Source of the DNA: Calditrichota bacterium
Lineage (GTDB): Bacteria > Calditrichota > Calditrichia > Calditrichales > J004
Direction of reading: 5' to 3'
Assembly: GCA_024277115.1 (NCBI GenBank)
Contig: JAJRVW010000119.1
Coordinates: 365 to 64,364 of the forward strand
DNA: 64,000 bases
Below, piece after piece: positions 42,138 through 52,494 of the stretch. Both the position numbers and the translations under genes were made by a program. Positions within the stretch are counted from its first letter, which is position 1. Each line of letters opens with the position of its first letter. The notes beneath the pieces are model-generated. The model was not told the origin of the DNA, did no database searches, and saw only the letters and a list, made by a program, of their open reading frames with translations.

Positions 42138-42782
42138 TTAAAATCCTAAATCCTTTATTTTTTGAAATGATAGCTTTGCACTTGTTCCGTGTTGTTTAAA
42201 GGGTAAAAGTTTTTCAATATATTTGGCGATAACATCAACTTCAATATTCATGTTGTTACCTGTTTTTAAAGTGGCAAGATTGGTGTTTGCCCAAGTGTGT
42301 GGGATTATATTTATCCCGACCGTTGTGCCTGATAAACGGGCAATTGTTAAACTGATGCCATCCAAGGCAATAGAGCCTTCTAAAATTGTGTAGCGCTCAA
42401 GCTGTCGGTCTAAAACCACATCAAGCGCATAGTTCTCGCCTAGTTTCTCAATGCGCGTAATAACTGCCTTGCCATTAACATGGCCCTGAACCATGTGGCC
42501 GCCAAGCCGGGTTTGCAAACTTACCGCGCGTTCCAGGTTCACTTTTTGATTTGGCTTAAATGTGCCCAATGTGGTTTTTTTCAGGGTCTCGCCAACTGCG
42601 TCTACCCAAAAACCGCTTTCTGACACCTTGGTGGCCGTCAGGCAAATTCCATTAACCGCAACAGAATCATCTGTTTTAAGGTCATCCAAAATTTGCTTTG
42701 CCCCAATCTGTAACTTTATACCGCCTGCAATAGGGGCGATATTCTTAACAATACCTAATTCTTCTATGAGTCCTGTAAACAT
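42138..42782 (-). CDS. ribE: Riboflavin synthase
   Basis: MFTGLIEE N-terminus, GGHMVQGHV. Confidence 0.95.
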   Translation of the reverse strand: MFTGLIEELGIVKNIAPIAGGIKLQIGAKQILDDLKTDDSVAVNGICLTATKVSESGFWVDAVGETLKKTTLGTFKPNQKVNLERAVSLQTRLGGHMVQGHVNGKAVITRIEKLGENYALDVVLDRQLERYTILEGSIALDGISLTIARLSGTTVGINIIPHTWANTNLATLKTGNNMNIEVDVIAKYIEKLLPFKQHGTSAKLSFQKIKDLGF

Positions 42783-42824
42783 AGTTTAATCTAATCATTT
42801 TGTATGATTTAAAAGATAAAATTT

Positions 42825-43898
42825 TCAATCTTTTTTTCGTAAGTTTAAATAATAATCCTCACCCAATTGTCTGCTTTCATAAAATTTAAGGTCTATTTTG
42901 TTGGGAAATTGCGCGGAAGGCAGCCCGTTGCCAAAAAAAATGGGCGCTTGCAGTACAATTATTTCATCAAACAGGTTATGGGAAATAAATTGTGAAAATA
43001 CTTTATGCCCACCTTCCACCAGTAAACTGTTAATGCCCGATTTGCCTAAAACGGATAAAACATTATTTAAATCGATTTGTCCTGTATCATCACAAGCACA
43101 AGGAAATAAGCGCGTACCGGCACCGTTAAACAGAGCCGTTTTTTGGTCCGCAACGGTTTTATCGTGAAAAATCCAGGTTGCCCCTTTTTTTAAAATATGT
43201 GCTTCGGTGTTGGATGAAAGCTGTCCGTCAATAATTATTTTTAGCGGGTCCCTACCTTTAACATGGCGTACATCTAATTGCGGATTGTCCGAAATAATTG
43301 TACCTGCCCCAACTAAAATGGCGTCATACGTTGCCCTTAGCATGTGCACATACCGCGCAGCTTCTTTGCCTGTAATCCATGTTTGGGTATTTTTCCCCTT
43401 ACTGATTTTTGCATCCATTGTCTGGGCAATTTTGAGGGTGACCCATGGTTTCTGTTCAACAATGTGCTTAAAGAAAAAACGGTTTAATTCACGGCCTTCT
43501 TTCTCCAGGATATTTTCAATTACTTCAATCCCCGCTTTGCGCATTAGTTTTATGGACATGCCCGATACCTGCGGATTTGGATCGCCATTGGAAAGAACAA
43601 CCCTCTTAATGCCCGAGCTAATAACCAGTGGCAAACAAGGCGGTGTCTTTTTTTTTATGTGGCAGCAGGGTTCAAGGTTGCAATATAAGGTAGCGCCTTT
43701 AAGATTGCCTCCGGCCTTTTTTATGGCCATGGCCTCTGCATGGTCCGCACCGGGTTTTGTATGCCAGCCCTCGGAAACCATACGGTCGTCTTTAGTAATC
43801 ACCGCGCCGACTAATGGGTTTGGGCTTACCTTTGCAATACCCCTCCGCGCCAGTTTAAAGCAACGTTTTATAAAATATTTATCTTTTTCAGGATTCAT
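42825..43898 (-). CDS. ribD: Riboflavin biosynthesis deaminase/reductase
   Basis: PNPLVGAV, HAE, LEPCCH...TPPC, VEGG. Confidence 0.95.
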   Translation of the reverse strand: MNPEKDKYFIKRCFKLARRGIAKVSPNPLVGAVITKDDRMVSEGWHTKPGADHAEAMAIKKAGGNLKGATLYCNLEPCCHIKKKTPPCLPLVISSGIKRVVLSNGDPNPQVSGMSIKLMRKAGIEVIENILEKEGRELNRFFFKHIVEQKPWVTLKIAQTMDAKISKGKNTQTWITGKEAARYVHMLRATYDAILVGAGTIISDNPQLDVRHVKGRDPLKIIIDGQLSSNTEAHILKKGATWIFHDKTVADQKTALFNGAGTRLFPCACDDTGQIDLNNVLSVLGKSGINSLLVEGGHKVFSQFISHNLFDEIIVLQAPIFFGNGLPSAQFPNKIDLKFYESRQLGEDYYLNLRKKD

Positions 43899-44598
43899 CG
43901 GTTTGTTTTATGGTTGGCCCGGAATCCCCGTCTTTTGTCCGGACTATTTCATTGCCAATATCCCGTTGTAAGCCAAAAATAATGGAGAGAAAATTACTGA
44001 TTAAGAATCCGGTAACGCCCCAAATAACATCACCATTAAAATTATAATAATGGATTTTCCACTCATGGCCATAGCGGGTAATTTTTTGTATACGAAATAT
44101 TTCTTCGTTGAGCAGATGGAGAAGGGGCACTTCAATCAGCCGGTCAATTTCATCTTTGCTGACGGTATAATTGTATGGATGCGGGTATGCCCCAACAAAT
44201 GGGCTTACTAAGAAATCTGAATTTGTAAGAAAAATATCCGTTTGGCCAAATACCTCAATTTTATTCGGTTTAATTCCTACTTCTTCCTCCGTTTCGCGTA
44301 ATGCCGTAAACAATAAATCGGGGTCAGTATCATCCTTGCGGCCACCGGGGAAGGAAATTTGCCCTTTATGTGTTGCCACTTTTGTAGTGCGTTTTGTAAA
44401 TAAAATATGTGCCTGGCCGTCTTTAAAAAATAATGGGATTAAAACAGCGGCTGGCGAGGATGAGCCTTCTTTGTAAATAAAAGATTTTTGATCCCTATTG
44501 GCCAGGGTTTGTTTTATGTGGGAGTACAGCATTTGGGGTGAATGGCATAAATCCTTAATGTGTTCAGGATTTGATTCTGGCTTAATTGAATTCTTCAT
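43888..44598 (-). CDS. Nudix CoA pyrophosphatase (NudL-like)
   Basis: AAVLIPL, HKGQISFPGG, ALRETEEEVG, IWGVTG. Confidence 0.9.
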   Translation of the reverse strand: MKNSIKPESNPEHIKDLCHSPQMLYSHIKQTLANRDQKSFIYKEGSSSPAAVLIPLFFKDGQAHILFTKRTTKVATHKGQISFPGGRKDDTDPDLLFTALRETEEEVGIKPNKIEVFGQTDIFLTNSDFLVSPFVGAYPHPYNYTVSKDEIDRLIEVPLLHLLNEEIFRIQKITRYGHEWKIHYYNFNGDVIWGVTGFLISNFLSIIFGLQRDIGNEIVRTKDGDSGPTIKQTDES

Positions 44599-45931
44599 CT
44601 TTTATATCGTAATCTTCTAATTTGTTATATAAGGAGCGCCGGGAGATACCAAGCATTTCTGCTGCACGTAGTTTATTGCCTTTGGCCAGCGATAGTGTTT
44701 TAACAATAGATTTCCGTTCGATCTCCGGCAATGGCGTACCTGCGGGAAAACGGATTTCCTGCCCCGGGAGCATACCTTTCCGGATCATTTCCGGCAGGTC
44801 TTTTTTATGGATAATTTCTTTTGCCGAAATCATGGATCGAAGTAATATGTTGCGTAACTCCCTAATATTGCCCGGCCAGGAATATTTTTGAAGAATGGCA
44901 GAGGCTTCATCGTCCACCGCAACAATCTTTTTATTGTATTCTTTGTTAAATTTTTCCAGAAAATAATTATTGATCAGGGGAATGTCATCCGTCCGGTCAC
45001 GAAGGGGAGGTAGTTCAATATTATATACATTCAGCCTGTAATATAAGTCTTCCCTAAACTTTCCGGAAGCGATCATATCTTCCATATTTTCGTTGGTGGC
45101 AGCTACAATGCGCACGTTGATGGGGATTTCCCGCGCTCCGCCAACCCGGTCAATTTTATGGTTTTCCAACACACGTAGTAGGGCAATTTGCACTTGTTCG
45201 CTCATGGAGCTTATCTCATCGAGGAAAAGTGTCCCGCCATCGGCTTCTTCAAACTTGCCTTTTTTATTGTCTACAGCGCCTGTAAATGCGCCTTTAACAT
45301 GGCCGAATAATTCAGAACTAATTAAATCTTTTGGGATGGCCCCTGTATTTACGGCAATAAAAGGTGCGTTACTTCGTGTCGAGGCCGAATGAATGGCGTG
45401 GGCAACCAGCTCTTTACCTGTCCCGCTTTCACCAAAAATTAAAACAGGTACATCAATATTGGTGATTTCATTAATCTTTTTTACAACATTTTTTATGGGA
45501 CGGGATTTCCCGATAATTTCACCAAAATGGACGAACCGTTCGGGGACGGCCATATTTTTTTCCATGGCGGGCAACTCCAAAAGTCGTTCAATAACTTGTT
45601 TTAATTTGGTCTGGTCAACGGGTTTGGCGATATAATCGATGGCGCCAAGGTGGATTGCTTCAACAGCGTGTTCGATTGAGCTGAATCCTGTGACCATGAT
45701 AACCTTTAATAACGGGTCAAAATCATTGATCATTTTCAACAGTTCCATGCCGTCAACATCCTGCATTTTAAAATCGGTTATTACCAGGTCGTAATAATTT
45801 TTATAGACCAATTCCATGGCCGCTTTGGCGCCGTCGGCCTGGTCGACTTCGTATTTATATGTTTGCAGTAAAAGGACAAGGCCTTCACGATGGTTTTGGT
45901 CATCATCGATGACGAGTAAACGAGGGGTCAT
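44582..45931 (-). CDS. Sigma-54-dependent response regulator (NtrC family)
   Basis: REC domain, GESGTGKE, GAFTGA, FREDLYYRL, WPGNIREL, Fis HTH. Confidence 0.94.
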   Translation of the reverse strand: MTPRLLVIDDDQNHREGLVLLLQTYKYEVDQADGAKAAMELVYKNYYDLVITDFKMQDVDGMELLKMINDFDPLLKVIMVTGFSSIEHAVEAIHLGAIDYIAKPVDQTKLKQVIERLLELPAMEKNMAVPERFVHFGEIIGKSRPIKNVVKKINEITNIDVPVLIFGESGTGKELVAHAIHSASTRSNAPFIAVNTGAIPKDLISSELFGHVKGAFTGAVDNKKGKFEEADGGTLFLDEISSMSEQVQIALLRVLENHKIDRVGGAREIPINVRIVAATNENMEDMIASGKFREDLYYRLNVYNIELPPLRDRTDDIPLINNYFLEKFNKEYNKKIVAVDDEASAILQKYSWPGNIRELRNILLRSMISAKEIIHKKDLPEMIRKGMLPGQEIRFPAGTPLPEIERKSIVKTLSLAKGNKLRAAEMLGISRRSLYNKLEDYDIKDEEFN

Positions 45932-46132
45932 ATTTTTCTTAACAAATTATACTATTTTATTCTTTCGGTCTTGATTTTGAAATCTAAAAAAAGAAGGTGT
46001 AAAATTAAAATAATTCGCAGTTTAGGGCTTTGTTTTGGGACACAAACCACACGCCCATATATCGGCTATTTATTTTTCGCCCAAAAAGAGTTATGTTTGC
46101 CCTACTTCAAAACTCACAGAGAATTTTTTTTT

Positions 46133-47845
46133 ATGGCCATAAACCTTTCTGCAAAACAAAAAACCCAAGGGATTGGTGCAGAACAGGAAGGAGTCCTGAC
46201 ATTTTATAAGAGGCTTTTTAATTACAAATATTTGTACATTTTTCCGCCGGTTAAAAGTAATGTAATCAGCCCTTCTACAGCGCTTGGCCGGGAAGAGAAC
46301 CTCACCTTTTATAATGCCCGTGATATTGACTGGCTTAATTTTTATCATAAAATACTCAGCCTGGAAACCCTGAATGGCGAAAGCTCAATAAACCAGTTTT
46401 TTGATCATTACGAAATAGACCGTCTTTATCCGATCAGATTAAATGACGAATGTTTCGGGTTTATGGCGTTGGGCTCGCATGGCCGGCAAAGCAACCATCT
46501 GGAAAACCAGATTGCCCACCTCATTATCCGCTACCTTGCTTCGTTGTGGCATAATAATAATTTATTGGAAGATATTGAAAATTCTTCCCGTAAAACAGAG
46601 CAGGTCCTTGCCGAAATTTCCACTTTGCTGGAGGTAACACAAGCGATAGAATCCGGTGGTAAAATCCAGAATTTACTGGAAATGACCATGGAAAAGTGTA
46701 TGAAGGTGATGACGGTGGAAGCCGTTTCGCTGATGCTTATTACACGGGATAAAAAGTTTTTGGAATTTCGTGTAGCGCTGGGCCCAAAAGGAAAAGATGT
46801 AAAACGCTATAAAATAAAAATGGGGCAGGGCATTGCCGGAACCGTCGCCAAAACGGGAAAATCCTTACTTGTGCCCGATGCGTATGCGGACGATCGGTTT
46901 GACCCCCGTTTTGACCGGGTGAGTGGTTTTAAGACAGAAAGTATTTTATGCGTTCCATTAGTTTATCATAAAAAAGTATTGGGCGTGGTGCAGGCTTTAA
47001 ACCGCTTTGACGGCAAAGTTTTTACCGAACATGATTTAAGCACTTTTAAGATTTTTGCCACCCAGGCCGCTTTGGCCATCCAGAATACCCGTTTATTGCA
47101 TAAAGCCATAGAAAATGAAAAACTAAAAGCCGAAATTGCCATTGCTTCGGAAATCCAACATTTAATTGTACCGCAGGAGTTGCCCGATATTAAAGGCCTG
47201 GAAATGAGCGGATGTTATATCCCAAGCCAGGGTATTGGTGGCGATTTTTATGCCGTCCAAAAAATAAATGATTCCGAATCCATCTTTTGTATTGCCGATG
47301 TTTCAGGCAAAAGTGTTTCCGGCGCGTTATTGGTTTCTACCTTACATGCCACCTTACGGGCCTACCTGGAGTTTACAACTGATCTTGAAATAATCATGAA
47401 AAAGCTAAATGAATTGATTATTAACCTCTCCACCGCCAACCGTTTTATAACTTTATTTATTGCCCGTTATGATGCACAACACGGGCAACTGGAATACATC
47501 AGCGCCGGGCATAACCCACAGTATTTACTGCGCCAGCCGTTTAAAATTGATAAACTTCCATCAACAGGCGTATGTGTTGGCCTAATTCCTTTTGAGTATA
47601 AAGTTAGTAAAGTGAACCTGCAAAAAGGGGATATGATTATTTTGTACACCGATGGCATTGTTGAGGCCAGGAATAAAAAGAAAAATATATTTGGTGAAGA
47701 TAGGTTAGGAAAAATATTATTTGAGAACCTCGGCCGCCCCTGTGATTTTATCCAAAAACAGATTATCCGTGCTGTAGAAGTTTTTAGCCCGGATGCCCAC
47801 AAACAGGATGACCTGACACTTCTTGTTATCCGGAAAACGGAATAA
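46133..47845 (+). CDS. GAF-domain SpoIIE/RsbU-type PP2C phosphatase
   Basis: GAF (GQGIAG..DAYADDRF), GGDFY, ADVSGK, AGH, YTDG, DDLT; likely start ATG 46133. Confidence 0.9.
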   Translation: MAINLSAKQKTQGIGAEQEGVLTFYKRLFNYKYLYIFPPVKSNVISPSTALGREENLTFYNARDIDWLNFYHKILSLETLNGESSINQFFDHYEIDRLYPIRLNDECFGFMALGSHGRQSNHLENQIAHLIIRYLASLWHNNNLLEDIENSSRKTEQVLAEISTLLEVTQAIESGGKIQNLLEMTMEKCMKVMTVEAVSLMLITRDKKFLEFRVALGPKGKDVKRYKIKMGQGIAGTVAKTGKSLLVPDAYADDRFDPRFDRVSGFKTESILCVPLVYHKKVLGVVQALNRFDGKVFTEHDLSTFKIFATQAALAIQNTRLLHKAIENEKLKAEIAIASEIQHLIVPQELPDIKGLEMSGCYIPSQGIGGDFYAVQKINDSESIFCIADVSGKSVSGALLVSTLHATLRAYLEFTTDLEIIMKKLNELIINLSTANRFITLFIARYDAQHGQLEYISAGHNPQYLLRQPFKIDKLPSTGVCVGLIPFEYKVSKVNLQKGDMIILYTDGIVEARNKKKNIFGEDRLGKILFENLGRPCDFIQKQIIRAVEVFSPDAHKQDDLTLLVIRKTE

Positions 47846-47958
47846 TTAGTCCAGTTTAACACTTTTTATTCATATTTATAATTGATGTTGTTTGATCAAG
47901 ATTGTTTTTATCGCGGCGAATATAGGAAGCCTTTAAAAGTTGAATACTGCGCATATCG

Positions 47959-49902
47959 ATGAACAGCACCGCCGGGCAAAATAATATAGATTATGTAAAA
48001 CCTGCATTTTTACAAATCCTAAAAAGATTTGTTTTAACATTTGCGCCGCTTTTTATCTTCGTGGTAATTATCCTCTCTACAATATACTATTCCCAGCTAA
48101 ATGCATTGATGAATAAAATCTATGATGTTGAATATTTAGTTGTCAACCTTCAGAAGCGCCAAATTCAACTACATTCTGCATCATTGTTATCGCATATCCG
48201 TTTTCTCACACAGAGTGAACACTTTGAACAGGTTCTTGATAAAGCCGGTAAGGTGGACAGTAAAGCCAAAGCGATCATTACCAAAGAGTTTCTTAATTTC
48301 TCGAAGACAAGCCTAATGTATGACCAGATTCGTTTTGTTGGTGATAGCGGAATGGAATTAGTACGGGTTAACCTAAACAATGGCAGCCCGTATGTGGTTG
48401 ATGATGATAAACTCCAAAATAAAAAAGATCGGTATTATTTTCGTTTAATTTCCCGGATGGAAAAGGACCATATTTATATTTCGGACCTAGATTTGAATAT
48501 TGAGCGGAATGAGGTTGAAATACCTTACAAGCCAATGCTGCGGCTGGGTATGCCTGTTTTTAACGCGAAGGGAAAAAGAATGGGTATGGTAATAATTAAT
48601 TATCTTGCCAACCATTTTTTAACTCTCATGGCGGAAACAGGACAAATTAACCCCGGAGAGTTTATGCTTTTAAATGACAGGGGATATTGGCTTAAATCAA
48701 AAAATCCGGATGATGAATGGGGTTTTATGTTTTCTAATAAGGTTAACCGGCGGTTTGCAAATAAGTATGAAACGGAATGGCATAAAATAAAAGAAATGGA
48801 ATCCGGTCAATTTGAAAGCACTTCCGGGCTTTTTACCTTTGAGACTGTCTATCCGTTCCGTGACAAAAAACGTCTCACCTCTAAAACAGAGTTGATGGCA
48901 AACAGCAAAATATTTTGGAAAATAGTTTCCCTGGTCCCTGTGGCGTATATCCAGTCAGAAAAAAGAGATTTAATCTACGCGATATTTCCGATGTTGTTTT
49001 TATTGACGACCGTACTGGTTTTCGGGTCTTGGCGCTTGGCACTTTTATCGATTCAAAAAACGCACAAAGATAGAGAGCTCGTAAAAATTAACGAACAGCT
49101 TGAGGAAAAAGTAACTAGCCGGACACGGCAGCTTACGGCGATAAATAAAGACCTTGCCAAGCAGATAAACATACAAAAGCGGACTGAAAAACAATTGCAA
49201 AAACAAACGGTGGAGTTGCAACGATCTAACAAAGAACTTGTTGAATTTGCCCATGTTGCATCGCATGACCTGCAAGAACCTTTGCGTAAAATTAAAAGTT
49301 TTTCCGATCTGTTGGCAAGGCGCTATCAGGGGAAATTTGATGCCCAGGGCGATACCTATCTCACTTTTATCAGCAGTGCCGTAGACCGGATGAGCAACCT
49401 GATTTTTGACCTGTTAAAATACTCGCGTGTGGGCAGCGCAGAATTAACACTTGCCCCGGTTGATTTGAATGATGTTTTGAAGATTGTAGAAAATGATCTG
49501 GAAATGCGAATTAATGAAACCAATACAGAAATTAGCTATAAAAATTTACCCGAGGTTATTGCAGATAAAACACAAATTGTTCAATTGATGCAAAACCTGG
49601 TGGCAAATGCTATTAAATACCAAAGCCCGGAAGAAGAAAACCACCCTAAAATTAAAATATTTGCAGAAGGGCAACAGGGGAGTTGGCTTATCGCCGTTGA
49701 AGATAATGGCATTGGGATCGACCCAAAGCATTACGAAAAAATATTTGTTATTTTTCAGCGTTTACATGGCCGCAATGAATATTCGGGTACGGGTATTGGC
49801 CTGGGCGTTTGTAAAAAAATTGTTGAACGACATGGTGGCACAATCTGGGTGGAATCGGAAACGGGAAAAGGGTCTACGTTTTATTTTACGATTGCTGCCT
49901 AA
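47959..49902 (+). CDS. Membrane sensor histidine kinase (Cache-like periplasmic domain)
   Basis: 2 TM segments, ASHDLQEPLR H-box, NLVANAIKY, DNGIGI, GTGIGL. Confidence 0.92.
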   Translation: MNSTAGQNNIDYVKPAFLQILKRFVLTFAPLFIFVVIILSTIYYSQLNALMNKIYDVEYLVVNLQKRQIQLHSASLLSHIRFLTQSEHFEQVLDKAGKVDSKAKAIITKEFLNFSKTSLMYDQIRFVGDSGMELVRVNLNNGSPYVVDDDKLQNKKDRYYFRLISRMEKDHIYISDLDLNIERNEVEIPYKPMLRLGMPVFNAKGKRMGMVIINYLANHFLTLMAETGQINPGEFMLLNDRGYWLKSKNPDDEWGFMFSNKVNRRFANKYETEWHKIKEMESGQFESTSGLFTFETVYPFRDKKRLTSKTELMANSKIFWKIVSLVPVAYIQSEKRDLIYAIFPMLFLLTTVLVFGSWRLALLSIQKTHKDRELVKINEQLEEKVTSRTRQLTAINKDLAKQINIQKRTEKQLQKQTVELQRSNKELVEFAHVASHDLQEPLRKIKSFSDLLARRYQGKFDAQGDTYLTFISSAVDRMSNLIFDLLKYSRVGSAELTLAPVDLNDVLKIVENDLEMRINETNTEISYKNLPEVIADKTQIVQLMQNLVANAIKYQSPEEENHPKIKIFAEGQQGSWLIAVEDNGIGIDPKHYEKIFVIFQRLHGRNEYSGTGIGLGVCKKIVERHGGTIWVESETGKGSTFYFTIAA

Positions 49903-51623
49903 AATTCCGGCAGGTTTAATCCTAAAGAAAAAGCAACTTTTAAGGCCGTTGTTTTAACCTGGTTGGCCACCTGCTCATCTTCACTTTTCATCAACAAATC
50001 TACAAGATTTAAATAGAACGTGTTGCCCATGCCATAAATTGAATCGATGGAATCCTTTTTTAAATGGCAGGAAGCAGATAAATTTATATGGGAGCGGATG
50101 AGCGAGATGGTTTTTTCTGCAGGTATAAAACTTTGGATTTGAGAAATAAGTGTGTTGGATGCTTGTAAGTACAGGGCTTTCTCGATACCCTCCTTCACAT
50201 CGTCCACTTTATTGATGCCAACTTGTAAAAGTTTTAAGCGTTCAACAAAATAATTTATATCCTTTCCTTCAATCAGTTTACCAAAACGCGGGGCGATTAT
50301 TTTAGGCTTAGGCTCCAGCTCACTAATAATATTTAGTACTTTTAATTGCGCTTTGTTAGATGAAATATTTTTCTCGTGAAAACTCCGCATCGACTCCCAG
50401 TCTTCTTCTTTGGCATATAAACGGCAATCATTTTTATCCGATGGCAGACAATAAGAGCTGAATAGCGCGCCACTAAAAAGTACCTGGCTTTTTCTATCAT
50501 AAATCATAAATGCGCTGCCCGATCCACAAAAAGGGGTTTCGATAAATTGTAAACTGTGGCCGGATGCAAGTGTAACATTTTGTGTCTTTTTTGTATCGAC
50601 TTTTTTTACGCTTTTTGGGTTGATGTCGTAATGTTTTATGCTTTCCCAGTTGTTGCGGCTTGTCATACATACGGCGCGTGGGTTGGCTTTTCTTAAAAAA
50701 ACACTATTCAGACAAACTTCCGGCGCGGCATCCATGGGGATGTAAATATTTATATTGGATATGTTGCCCAATACAGTGGCGATCTTTTCGGAAAAACTAT
50801 AAAAATAAAGAGGTGAACCGGGATCAATTACAGCGCATATCATTTTTTTGTCTTTTTTAAACTTGCGCAGATATACATTTTGCTGAACACCTTTTGTCTC
50901 ATCTATGTGGCCAACCCACCACACGTTTTCGCGGATTTCATTCGGGCTGTTTAAATCTATTTTCGGGCTGCTAATTTCCTGCTCGACCTTAATTTTAATA
51001 TCCAATGGCCTCACTACAAAAGTACCTTTGGTCCAACTGCGCATGGCATCAAGCGCTACTTCGTCTTTCATATCATTAAAAGAGACCGAAATAATATCGC
51101 CGTGCTCCAGCTTTATTACGCCTACATCACTTTCATTTTGTAAAACAAGTTCACCACTAATATTTTCGCGCAGGCACGATTCAATAATTTTCTCTACGGC
51201 AACATCTTCTATGCGCCCTTTCTGTTGGCTCGCTTGTTCGCGTGATTGTGAAACCCTGCGGAACATAGTCTCAATTTTTATCAGCACCTCTTCTATATTA
51301 AAAGGCTTCATCAAAAAATCATCACCGCCAACATTTAGTCCCTCAATCATTTTTTCTTTTTTTGCCGTAAGAAAAATAAAAGGGACAGATTTTGTTACAG
51401 GGTTTTCGCGTACTTTTTTACAGAGGGCAATGCCATCCAAATTGGGCATGCTAATATCAGAAATAATTAAATCGGGGATAATGGTTTGAAGTTTCTCCAG
51501 GGCAATGGCGCCATCCTGTGCCAACACTGCTTCGTACTCACCGGTAAGCTCGAGAATGCGTTGAAGGGCAATCAGGATAGGTTCTTCATCTTCTACGATG
51601 AGAATGGTTCTTTTTGAATTCAT
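49899..51623 (-). CDS. Response regulator: REC + DUF4388-like + degenerate ODP/MBL-fold domain
   Basis: REC (SDISMP, KPF); C-terminal EIRENVWWVG..NVYLR..IDPGS..TPFC..YDRKSQVLFSG..RSFHE..IAPRFG. Confidence 0.8.
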   Translation of the reverse strand: MNSKRTILIVEDEEPILIALQRILELTGEYEAVLAQDGAIALEKLQTIIPDLIISDISMPNLDGIALCKKVRENPVTKSVPFIFLTAKKEKMIEGLNVGGDDFLMKPFNIEEVLIKIETMFRRVSQSREQASQQKGRIEDVAVEKIIESCLRENISGELVLQNESDVGVIKLEHGDIISVSFNDMKDEVALDAMRSWTKGTFVVRPLDIKIKVEQEISSPKIDLNSPNEIRENVWWVGHIDETKGVQQNVYLRKFKKDKKMICAVIDPGSPLYFYSFSEKIATVLGNISNINIYIPMDAAPEVCLNSVFLRKANPRAVCMTSRNNWESIKHYDINPKSVKKVDTKKTQNVTLASGHSLQFIETPFCGSGSAFMIYDRKSQVLFSGALFSSYCLPSDKNDCRLYAKEEDWESMRSFHEKNISSNKAQLKVLNIISELEPKPKIIAPRFGKLIEGKDINYFVERLKLLQVGINKVDDVKEGIEKALYLQASNTLISQIQSFIPAEKTISLIRSHINLSASCHLKKDSIDSIYGMGNTFYLNLVDLLMKSEDEQVANQVKTTALKVAFSLGLNLPEF

Positions 51624-51903
51624 TTCTGCCTCATTTATCGCGGGCCCCTATTTTAGTTCTGGGAAAGGCCACCAATTTTATTGTAATATTTGTCAAACAA
51701 TTATAAATTTAAAATCAGGTAAAACCCATTATTCATTTGTTCAACCTAAACATAAGGGGTTTTGAAATATAATGAAAGATGTGCCATAAAATAGTGCCAC
51801 ACCTTAAATAGTTTAGCCTAAATGGGTTTGGGATATTGGTTTTTAAAGATGCATGTTATCATAATAATCAATAAATTTTTATAAAAGACAGGACAAATAA
51901 TTA

Positions 51904-52341
51904 ATGAGTGATTCTTTAGAAAAACTTAAAAAAAGCGCAGAAGGAAGTTATTCCACTGTGCTCAATAATGCGGTTAATTTAAAAGATTTGGCCGAGGGTT
52001 ATGGTAAAATCGCCAAATTAAAGTTTGAATTACACCAGTTGAAATCTGCAAGGGAAAAAAAACTGGCCTTGCTCGGCAAAACTGTTTTTCCCTATTTGTT
52101 AGAAAACAATACAAAGGCGTTGCAAACACACGAAACGTTGCAAATGCTGTTAGATGAAATAAAAAATCTTGGCAACCAGGTGGAACTGGTGCAACATGCT
52201 ATCAGCGATATTTCGGACAGGGAAAAAGTATACACCGAAAAGGATCATGGTAAAATCCAGGGTGAGATCGAAATACTTGAGCGGCAGATAGAAGAACAAC
52301 TGGAAGAGTTGAAAGCTGTTAAAAAGGCATTGGACAAATAA
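51904..52341 (+). CDS. Hypothetical coiled-coil protein
   Basis: AGGA RBS; heptad-rich, charged sequence. Confidence 0.65.
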   Translation: MSDSLEKLKKSAEGSYSTVLNNAVNLKDLAEGYGKIAKLKFELHQLKSAREKKLALLGKTVFPYLLENNTKALQTHETLQMLLDEIKNLGNQVELVQHAISDISDREKVYTEKDHGKIQGEIEILERQIEEQLEELKAVKKALDK

Positions 52342-52494
52342 GAAGGGTTTCGGTAAATTTTAGGTGCCAATTTTACTTTGGGGCATCGTTAAAAAAATTA
52401 ATACGTATTATCTCTGCCATGAAATTGAACTACGACACTTAACATCTTGATTTTAAATATCCTTATGTCTATTTTCATGTGATCTAATTATACG

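Noticed and set aside
43207-43971. 254-aa plus-strand ORF
   Set aside because: Antisense shadow of ribD with no motifs.
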